From assembly GCA_022813865.1 (NCBI GenBank), contig JALDZX010000109.1, positions 1 to 34,684 of the forward strand: 34,684 nt of DNA, in the 5' to 3' direction. Both the position numbers and the translations under genes were made by a program. This document shows, piece after piece, positions 24,519 through 34,684 of this stretch. Below the pieces are notes generated by a model. The model searched no databases. It saw only the letters and a program-made list of their open reading frames with translations, and was not told where the DNA came from. The stretch's first letter is position 1, and the number at the start of each line of letters is the position of its first letter. Source of the DNA: Xylographa opegraphella (Eukaryota).

Positions 24519-26974
24519 TATTATAAATACTGCTGAAAGCGAATAACTATATGAATAGTCAAGAATGATGATTTATAAAGTCGAGAATTTTATTTATATA
24601 TACATATAAAATTTCTTAATGGAGCAGAAAACCTTTATTGATTATATGTAACAGAAATTTTAATAAATAATTAAAGTAATTGCAGCTGAAATTTATACTT
24701 CATAAATATAATAGGGATTTACGATTTATGACTGCAGTAAAGACTCGATATAAGAATTAAAACTTTCGCTTTAAAAGCGCTGCAGATATAAAAACGCAAT
24801 AAGAAATTTTCTTAAAATAATGTATTTTTTTTTTAACAATTTCACATCGGCGACACCAATTCTTGAAAAATATTTAAATAATTATTCGTATTCTATGAAT
24901 ATATATATCGTCGAGTTTACCCCAGTTTTTTTTGCGATAATAAATCTATTAAAGGCCTTAAATTAAAAATATTTAAATTAGTCAAATATTGATTAACAAT
25001 AAAAAACCACGAAAGTTATATAAATAAATTTATTAAAAAATATTAATATAATTTTTTTATTATAAATAATTTTTAGCAGCGAAAATTGAATCATGTTCGT
25101 ACGTATTATCGTCGTAATTTTGAGTTTAATTGAAGCCTTAATAAAGAAACTTAAGAAATATAAAATATAAATATTTTATAAACGTTTAAATTTATTAATA
25201 ATAAGATTTTGATAAAAAAATATTTATATTAACGGAAAAATTAGCGGTATTTTAAATTTAAATCGTTATTCAAACGAATAAATAGTGTAACGCGAGCGTA
25301 ATAATAAAGATAAAATAAAATTAAAAGTTAGAAAAAACAATTATTAGAATTAAATCAATAAAAAAGACTTTAACGTTATTTTATATATAATTATACGAAA
25401 AAATTTGAAAATAATCAAAGAAATATATATATAAACCGCTGGTAATACGTAAGTTATCGAGCGAAAAATTTAATATTATAATTTTTAAATATTTATTTTA
25501 AAAAAGATTTAATATCGAATACGAATTGGCTTATGAAAGCGATTTAGAAAATGTTTATTCATTATAAAAGGTATTCGATAATAATATACGAGGTCAAGAA
25601 ATAATCGATTTATACGATTATTTTATATATAAATAAATTATTAATAGAATAAAACAAAATAATATATTTAAATTTATAAATAATATAAATAACATAGTTA
25701 AAATTGACAATAAAGATAAATAACGCTTTGAAATTAATAATTATAAAAATAACGTTCGTGAAGCAGATTAACGCATTAATTGAAAAAAGAATTATAAAAA
25801 ATTATAAAATCAAGAATTACGAACTATTCGAAAAAAATATAAAAAAATATAATATTATAAATATTGATATTACGAATATATAAAAAGGCGTATAAATAAT
25901 TAAAGATATATAAAAAAATTACGCGAGTTAATATCGCAGTAACGAATACGAATATCGAAATAATAATATTGAAATATATATATTTTACTCGAAATAAAAC
26001 TACGAAACCTGGTAAAATATTTATTCGATAAACCTTAAATAAAGAAAATTTTTAACGATATATTATAATGAATTAATATCTTTTTCGTTATTCCCAAGAA
26101 CGCGTAATCACGACGTAGCAAGACAATTCAAAACGCGTAAAATAATTAGAAAAATTAAAGTTATATATTAAATTCTGCGAATCCCCTCGAGAGTTTATAT
26201 ATTTTAAATTCTAATTAAATATTATCTACAAAAAGTGAACTAAATAATAATTAAAATAATAATAACGCGAAATAAATTTATATTAAATTGAAAAAGAAGG
26301 CAATACTCTCGATTACATTAAACGCCAACTCAGTAAATATATAAATTATTATCAAATAACGTAAAACATAAACGATATAAAATAAATATTAATACTATAG
26401 TACAAAGTGCGCAAAAGCAGAAATGTAATTATAATTTTATTGTTATAAAATAAAAAAGTTAATAAATTCAATAAATTTATTATTCAAAAACCTTAATACT
26501 ACCCGTTCGTATATACGACGTATATTTTTTACAGTAACAATTTTGATTTAATTTATTTATTATAATAAGAGATTAAAGTATACTTGTACATTAACAATAA
26601 AATTAATTTTAATTTATAAAAGGCCTACTTTTTTTAATAAAAATATAAGTATTTTAAAAATTAATAAAATAAATCAAAGCGACAATAACTTATTATTAAT
26701 ATACCACGTTTATAATTTCGAAGGGTCGATTATATAAAAGACGAAAAATATAAACAATATAATTAATTTAATATTCGCAGGCAAAGATTTAACATAACGT
26801 ATAATTAACTACGATATTAGATAAAAATTGAATCACTAATTCGATTTTCTTTAATAATTATCGAATTAAATTAAGAAATAATATAAATTATCCCGAGTAT
26901 AAAACGTAATTAAAGTAAAATAAATTTAAAAATAATTCACAAAAGGGTACAAATTCTTTTTAAAAATATATAAA
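24519..26974. mobile_element. Second family-B-related element: LTR 24519-24739 plus interior, inverted relative to 16063-19824, cut off by the repeat at 26975
   Basis: Reverse complement of 24519-24739 aligns with 19610-19824. The adjacent motif GCGAAAGTTT is shared (~19579 and ~24760-24770). Interior similarity is only patchy. Confidence 0.65.
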
Positions 26975-27471
26975 TACTGTTTGATCGAACCTCTCATTTT
27001 TTGAACCGTTGTATAACGAGGATACAACAGGTGTATACTAATTATACAGTAGTTGCAGGCTCGAATTTAGGGATTTCGACCCCGTTTTTTAAGGGTATCG
27101 CCCTCGTTTTTAAAAAATTTTACCCTTATTTCGCCCTCGAAAAATTAATTATAAAATCGAAGTTGTTGGTTGCAAAAACCTGCGATTTAAAATCAAAATA
27201 AAATTAATATCGTTACACCCCCATTGTACGTCTTTTATACGCCCTTTAAATATTTTCTGTAAACTCGTTTTGCCATCGATTTTAAATTAATTAAAAAAAA
27301 GTTTTTTTTAAGTCATTCACCCGCGAAATTCTCAGCCGATATCTAATTTATATATAGGAATAAAACGCTTTATCGTTAAGTTACAACGAATAATATAATA
27401 ATAAAATTAAAAAAATAATATATAAATTAATAAAATACCCCCAAAAGAGGACTTGTAATTTTTTGACGATA
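26975..27471 (+). repeat. ~500 bp transposon terminal region, copy 2
   Basis: Starts TACTGTTTGATCGAACC; inverted homologue of 13772-14252; similarity ends where an LTR-like sequence starts at 27472. Confidence 0.85.
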
Positions 27472-27657
27472 TGTTACGTATTTAACACAAAACGCTGGCC
27501 TGTGCGCACGCTTTGACAATGCTTGATAATTGCTTGGCAATCCAGCCTTTTTATATAGTGACCTTCGGGCCTTTATGATAAAGCATTTTTTACATAAATA
27601 ATATAATCAACATAATTATAACAATATAATAATATTATTTAATTATTAATTATAACA
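27472..27657 (+). repeat. Probable 5' LTR (family D) of the downstream gypsy element
   Basis: Begins TGTTAC exactly where the preceding repeat's homology stops. Candidate TATAACA ends at 27623 or 27657. No second copy in the window. Confidence 0.55.
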
Positions 27658-27679
27658 GTATCAGAAACCTCCGCGGATC

Positions 27680-27825
27680 CGTTAAACTTTTAATTATTAA
27701 ACTTTTAATTACTAACCTTTTAATTATTAAACTTTTAATTACTAACCTTTTAATTATTAAACTTTATATTATTAAACTTTAAATTATTAAACTTTAAATT
27801 ATTAAACTTTAAAATTATTAAATTT
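27680..27825. repeat. 15-bp tandem repeat (TAAACTTTTAATTAT)n
   Basis: About 9 degenerate units directly visible. Confidence 0.85.
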
Positions 27826-28105
27826 AGCCCTTCGAGTTATAGTCTATCTATACGATAATTTAATATTAACTTTACAATTTAATGTTTTATTTAAACCCGT
27901 TAAACATTTTTTTCGCAGTCAATATCAAAAGTAAAAATTGCTAATTAATATAAATTTTATTAATTTATTAAAAAAATCTATAAAGCGTAATACGAAATTA
28001 CGTTAATTACTTTTTTATTTAATAATTTCCTTAATTTTGTAATTTAATAAAGTATACAAAATTAATATTTTTTTAAAAAATAATATTCCTCCTCGTAAAA
28101 CTTAG

Positions 28106-28427
28106 TGATAAGGTTCTGACCAATGTTGTATGAAACAAAGGTCGGAGAAACTTTATTCCGGTTGCCTCCTCTGCCTCTCTGTGGAGGGAGGCATGGGAGG
28201 CATTTCAGAACAGAATTTTTATATAGGCTAAAGGATTTCCTTTATTGTAAAAGGCGTGTTCAACTCGTGTTATAGTCTTAGAATAATAAGCTTCAATATA
28301 ATTATTATACGAAAATTATTACTCTTGAAAAACGATCAACATGTTACTGTGCCTTCATATTTATTTATTAACGAATTCAACCCAGATCCTTAATCGAACT
28401 ATATTAATGAGAAGCAGAATCGTAATG
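28106..28427 (+). repeat. Solo LTR, family A
   Basis: Homologous along its length to 3764-4122. Flanked by CTTAG (28101-28105) and TTTAG (28428-28432), a TSD with one C>T change. Confidence 0.88.
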
Positions 28428-29182
28428 TTTAGTTAAAACTTGATTTAAATTTTATTTTATTTCTTTATATTTTATACATCTTCACGATATTTAAATATTG
28501 AGTTAAATTTCGTGTTTAATTACGTTATATTATTTATACGGGAATTAATATGAAAACTTTTAAAGTTGGTTTACTAATTAAAAATACTTTTAAATACAGG
28601 CTACGTATATATTAATTTATTTTTTAAAAAAATTTAACCCAGAATTTTCGATACCGTAAAAATATATCTATAAATAATATGAATTTTGATGAATATTCAA
28701 AATCGCTCAATAAAACAAAAGTAAAAATTTTAATTTAATTTCGATTAAATTTAAAATAGTTTTTTTTAAATAGTTAGATAATTTTTTTTATATAGTTAAA
28801 TAATTTAATTGATAATTATTGAATTTAACGCTGTAATTTAATTTCGATATTCCGAAACGATTTAGTATTTTTGAACAACTATTCGAATTGTTAATTAAAT
28901 ACGTTATATAATGAAAACGGTAATTAATAGTCAAATTGTTAAAATATTAAAATAGTTAACTTTTTGGTAAAATAAAAACTTAGCAAAAATCTTTAAATAC
29001 ATTGTAAATTTTAATATTACTTAAAAAATCTACTTTTTTCGTAAATTTTTAGTTTTAAACATTTAATCAATTCGTTAAAGAACGATTGATATAAATCATT
29101 TTTAGTACTATAGCCGAAATTTTCCAATATGACCCTTTTAGGCAATATACGGCTTAAATTTTAAAAATACGATATTTATTTT

Positions 29183-29250
29183 TATACTTACAAATTATTA
29201 TACTTACAAATTATTATACTTACAAATTATTATACTTACAAATTATTATA
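29183..29250. repeat. 16-bp tandem repeat (TATACTTACAAATTAT) x4
   Basis: Directly visible. Confidence 0.9.
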
Positions 29251-32200
29251 TAAAATTTAAAAATATAAATACTTTGACCTAAATATTAAAAATATTAATA
29301 TAATTATAAATATAAAAAAATATATATATTACAAAAACGTTGACACGTTCTTAAACAAATTCACGAATATAATAAAAATTTAAAAATTTAAAATAAATTT
29401 TTATGTCATTTTAAAAAAGCAATTTACATATAATATTTATTGGAAATAAACGCAATAGAAAAGAATCTGCTAAAAATACTATATTATACAAAGTCGGTAT
29501 ATTAATAATTCAACAATTTAAAAAACGAAAAATAATAATATTATCGACGTTGTAATGAAAGATCTATCAATATAATAACGCGCGTAAACTTAAATCGTTT
29601 TAAATATATACGTAAAAGATATTTCGTTACGCACGAGCGGTAGAAATAATTTTAATATATAATTAATTTTTATATATATATAAAACGGGCTTGATTTACA
29701 ATTTAAATTATTAATCAATAAGCCTTCGTTTTATTCCACAATACACGAATTTTTAATAATTTTAAACGCGAAAACGAATGTTATTTATTAAATAACGTTT
29801 TAGAAAAACAATTTAAAATATAATTAATATAATTATTTCGGGTCTCGTTTTTATTTTTTTACTTTATTTAAAAAATATCGGCTATAATCGTAATCGTAAT
29901 TTTAAACGAAATATTTATTTTTAACAATTAAAATTAAATATTAATAAGAAATACCTTGCAAGCAAGGAAATTATTATAAATTATTTGAAAAAAAAATTGA
30001 CAAAAAATCGATAAATCAAACCGAGTTTTAAAAATATCAAGCTTTAACAACATGAATCGATTATTATAAAATAAAAATTCAAAAAAATATTAATAATATC
30101 GACGAAATTTTGATAATAAAACAAAATAGCGATAAAATTTTAAAAAACTCAAATAATAAATCTTTTTAACTAATTTCGCAAAATTTGTATTTAATAAATT
30201 ACGAAGCTGAATAATTAAATGTACAAAATATTAGAAAATATTTATGTTTAATATTAAGTTATACGCGTATATTAAGAACGAATTTTATCGGTAAATTAAT
30301 AAAATTAAAGTTGTAATAGAAATTAAATTTACTATTATATTTATTTTAAACGTGGCGGTATACTTTATAATAATTAATACAAAAATCAAACTGCTTTTAA
30401 ATAATGATAAATCTGTCGAATAAAAAATTACTCCTTTTAAAATTAATGCAAACAAAGAAAAAGATATAAAGTTTTAATTTTGAAATTATTAATATATTAT
30501 CGCTGTAGTTAAATTAATCAAAAATGAATCGACGAAAAAAATATACTTCGATGTAAAAAATATTTTATTACTGACGAATAAATATAGATTTTATATAACG
30601 CTTTATTTATAGTTATTAAAACTATAATAACGTTGGTAACAATAAAGGGCATTAAAGCCGAAAAATACGATATTAATGAATATATAATTTTATCAATTTA
30701 TTCATTAAAAACGCATTAAAGAAAAAAGTATATAATATTTATTAAACGCGAGGTTTATTTAATAAATAATTTACAAGCGAAAATGTCAATAGAAATAAAT
30801 ATTATAAAATTTGAGAATATTAATGTATATATTGTAAAGCGAATTATTTATATTAATTTCTGCGATATAAAATTTTTTACTTAAAACCGCGCGGCTAAAA
30901 GTTTATTTAAATAAAGAATTTATATAAAAATGAATAAAAATGATTTTGTGATACCGCTTTGTTAATTAATATTTATATTTATTTACTAAAAAAATATACC
31001 GCTAAACAGAGATTCTTTATTTAAATCAAAATTTACGTATTTAAAACTTTCGCTTTACGTTTATATAATCGACGTTTTAATATTGTATATTATAACAAAA
31101 AACGACTTTAAGCGCTTTTTTAGAATATTAAACATTTCGACTAAAATATATCATAAAAATAAACTACGAGAATTATTATTCAAAAATTAATAATCATTTT
31201 CGAGCTCGTTTTTAAAATAATATGAAAATCGAAATAATTTAAAAAAAGCGATTATCGAAATTATAATACTATTTGCTACAGCGCAATTTATAATTAAATT
31301 AATATTTTTATAATTTTTAAAGTCGATAATATATTTGCCAAACGCTTTTATTTATTTTTTTATAAAAAATAAGGGCAGAATTTATAATAAATTAAATCGC
31401 TATTAACATCGAAATAATTTCATTTAACGGCGTTAATCTTTACGCTCGAAATAATAATAATTATTTTTAATTTATATAGTTGATTAACAATAAATTTTAA
31501 AATTTTAAAATGTATAAATACCTTTTCAATTAAATTAAAAATCAAGAATTTTTAGTAAAATTAAAATTTATTTACTAAAAGCTAAAAATAAGAAAATAAA
31601 AAACTAAACGTTTATTACATTATATTAATAAAAACGAATAAAATAAATGAATTCCTATACGCCGTTTAATTATTTAATGTTTATAATATAGCAATAATTG
31701 GAAAACGAATTTAAAAAAATAAAGTAATAATAAATATACGTAACATAAATTAATTTATAATATTTAACGCATATTTTTCATTACTGTAAAACAATATTAT
31801 CGCAGCAGTTTAAAAATATAATTATATAATAATCGTCGATTATTGATTATTTTTCTATTAATAATTGGTCGTTAATAAGTATAAAAATCGTTCAAAAATA
31901 ATAATATATCGTGGTTAAAAGTTATTTAATATTATAGTAATAAAATATCGCAATTCGCCAGTATATATACAACGGCAAATAAATACAGTATTTTAAAAAT
32001 TTCGAGTATTTTATTGCGTATATATATAAATAACGTAGTAATATTTTAAAAATGTTTATTAAAATACATCGATTATTTATAATAAGTTTTTGAAACATTT
32101 TCAATTATAAATATTTTTATTAAAATTATATAAACCTTTTTAAATTATTTAAATATTAAATTTTTAAAATAGTTAGTAAATTCGTTGAAGCTTATAATAA

Positions 32201-34323
32201 ATAAAAAATTATTGATTCTAAATAAATTTAAGTTCTCTCGAACTTTTAAGCAGCTTGTAATATATTTTAAATTTATAAAATATATAAGTAATAATATTTT
32301 AATATACGTAAACAAATTTTCTTTACTACAATTAATGAAATATATTTTGAAAAGGTTCGCCGGTCGTTAGTAATACTAAACAGATGTTTTAGCTCGATAA
32401 TTTATTGAATAATTTAAATTTAAAAAATTAATTTCGTTTAAAATTATATAAAAATATTATTAAATTCGATAATATTACTATATTTTCATTAATTTCGAGT
32501 ATTTTTAATCGATTTCAGCGCGTTAAAAATAATAACAAATGCTATAGTTTATTACTTTGAACTCAGTATCGATTTATTTAAATACTCTTTAAAAATAGTA
32601 ATTTAATTTTTTTAATCAATTTATAATTAATGTCGAAACTCGATATTACTGAATTAAATTAAAAATAGCAAATCAATATAAATACTTCGAAAAGTTAAAT
32701 ATATAGTTAAATACTATAAACAGTTTATTATTATTTAAATAAATTATAAAATAAACATCGAAATGGCTACATAAATCAGTTTTATGACGTTATTAATAAA
32801 AAATTAATTTAAAATTATTTAAAGCCAGCGAATATATTCAACGATTTTTGTTTAATATTCGAAACAAATCAGGCAAATTCAATATTATTTTAAATATATT
32901 ATTTCGTTTAGATTTTAAAAATAAATTGCTTGCAAGCAAGGTTAATTTATACAACGCGTTGTAATTATATTACGATCTTAATTTCGATAAGCTCAATATT
33001 AAAACTTTATTTTTATTTTTATCAAAATTCGCGTTTATTTACTCGTTCGTAAAATTATTAAAAGATTTTAAAAATCGTATTATTAATAAATATTCGCAAG
33101 ATTTTATATACATTCAATTATTAAAATTATTTATAAAAAACGATAATTTATATCAAAATAATAAAGCTAAATTGCTTTTCATACGCGACGATAAAGATTT
33201 CATTTATAAATTCAACGTTTTTATAAAAGCGTATAAATATTAAAATCAAAGATTTTATTTTTTATTTCAATTCTATACGACATATTTCAAAGCGTATATA
33301 ACAATAAATATTTTAAATATATATATTTTTACTTAATTTTAAACGCGATTTGATATATTCGAGATTTAAATAAAAATTTTATTATACTATTTATAATATT
33401 AAGTTTTTGAAACTGAAAAAATATAAATCGTACTAAAGTCTGCAACCAATTAAATCGATATTAATTTTACTTTATATTATATTTATGAAATTTGGGTTTG
33501 CTTTTTCAAAATTTCGCGAAAAATTTAATGTATCGTTTGTAACGATATTGAAATTTTTTGTAGAAATAATTTTAATAATTAAAATCTTTATATTTTTAAT
33601 TTTACAATAAGCGAAGGTATTGCTTAGAAATTCAAAAATAGATAAATAAAATTTACTAAAAAAACTTTTATTAAATCGAGATTTAAAACTTTTAAACGAT
33701 TTTTAAAAGTCGTATCGATTAATTAAACGTAAAATTTATATATTGTACAATTTATTATTTTTAAATAAATAAATAAAGTGAAAGAATTAATTAAATAATT
33801 CGAATCGCCCTGCGCTATTATTTCGCAAAATCATACGACGTGGCCGTTAATATTATTTGGAATTTAAAACGAAATTAATAGTTATTTAATCGGAAAAAGT
33901 TTTATCGAAACTATTTCCGAATTTATCATAAATTAATTAATGAATTTAAAGATTATGAATTAATTACTATTTAAATTATTTATCGTAAAAATCGAAATTT
34001 AAAATACGTTGATATAAATATTGATATTTATAAAATATTATTACTATACCAAATATTAATTAATGTTTTTCGAAGTCGAGAATTAAATATTACTACGATT
34101 ATATTAAAAATATACTATTTTATGAATAAAAAATTAAAAATTTAATTCATGATTGATAAATTTATTTCGAATAATAAAATAAATAAAACAGCTTATTTAC
34201 GAATTAAATTTTTTTACGATTTAAAAAATTTATTTTATAATATTAATCGGGATGCTTGAATCGCTGTCGTCAAAAATGATTTATAATAATAAAGTCTTTC
34301 TATTAATTCATTTTAATACATAT

Positions 34324-34420
34324 TAATAAAAATACAATTTAATAAAAATACTGAATTTAATAAAAATATTGAATTTAATAAAAATACCGAATTTAACAAA
34401 AATACTGAATTTTATAAAAA
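34324..34420. repeat. 18-bp tandem repeat (AATAAAAATACTGAATTT)n
   Basis: About 5 degenerate units. Confidence 0.85.
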
Positions 34421-34621
34421 TTACGAATTAAAAGAAATTAGTAACAAAAAAGCTATATTTATTTATATTAATACGAAATATTATACAATAAAAAAGATAT
34501 TTTATAATTTAATTAATAAATATTAATTCCGCAGCTAAATAACGCCGTAAATTAATAAAAAGGTTTAAAAAAGTCGAAAAAGTCGTAAAATTATAATTTA
34601 AAAGAAAAAAATTTTGGAAAA

Positions 34622-34684
34622 AAAAATCAAAAATCAAAAATCAAAAATCAAAAATCAAAAATCAAAAATCAAAAATCAAAAATC
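34622..34684. repeat. 7-bp microsatellite (AAAAATC)n running to the window end
   Basis: Perfect units directly visible. Confidence 0.95.

Larger units (their letters stand above)
27658..34300 (+). mobile_element. RIPped Ty3/gypsy gag-pol relic (different clade from element A)
   Basis: Protease region VTIKGIKAEKYDINEY and IKREVYLINNLQAKM (~30635-30790). RT: TPFNYLMFII* (=TPFSYPVFVVW, ~31658), VIINIRNIN (=VVVDIRGLN, ~31723), FFY**LV (=FFYQW.V, ~31850), YRG* (=HRGQ, ~31907). Confidence 0.8.

Noticed and set aside
27655..27668. GTATCAGA resembling the tRNA-iMet primer-binding site TGGTATCAGAGC
   Set aside because: Only a partial match and the LTR end is ambiguous, so I do not call it.
16384..32370. 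Short ORFs at 16384, 19562, 20285, 23531, 24138, 27001, 31922 and 32185
   Set aside because: They fall in LTRs, span the N gap, or are fragments or off-frame reads of RIPped pol. None is a credible standalone gene.
34622..34684. Possible telomere repeat at the window end
   Set aside because: The 7-bp unit AAAAATC is not TTAGGG/CCCTAA and cannot be derived from it by transitions.
1..34684. Organellar, Plasmodium-like or AT-rich bacterial origin
   Set aside because: No long ORFs or RNA genes. The AT richness is explained by directional C>T/G>A changes in fungal-type retroelement motifs.

Overview
Very AT-rich fungal (Pezizomycotina-type) heterochromatin with no intact host gene. It is a stack of nested retrotransposon relics mutated by repeat-induced point mutation (RIP): conserved Trp, Gln, Gly and Cys codons read as TAA, AAA/GAA or TAT, CpA/TpG are depleted and CpG is spared. 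Recognisable parts are a chromovirus-type Ty3/gypsy pol with its 3' LTR (~84-4122), two Ty1/copia pol relics (~4123-8040 and ~14253-20520), a short apparently pol-less LTR element inserted in the second copia (16063-19824, TSD TTTAA), a young un-RIPped LTR element collapsed into an assembly gap (16389-16576, TSD TTGTA), two further Ty3/gypsy relics, solo LTRs with TSDs, a ~490 bp element end present twice in inverted orientation, and many minisatellites. The most notable find is an antisense ORF between pol and the 3' LTR of the chromovirus that, after reversing RIP changes, fits a Zn(II)2Cys6 cluster followed by a coiled coil. All translations and alignments were done by eye, so boundaries without TSD support are approximate.
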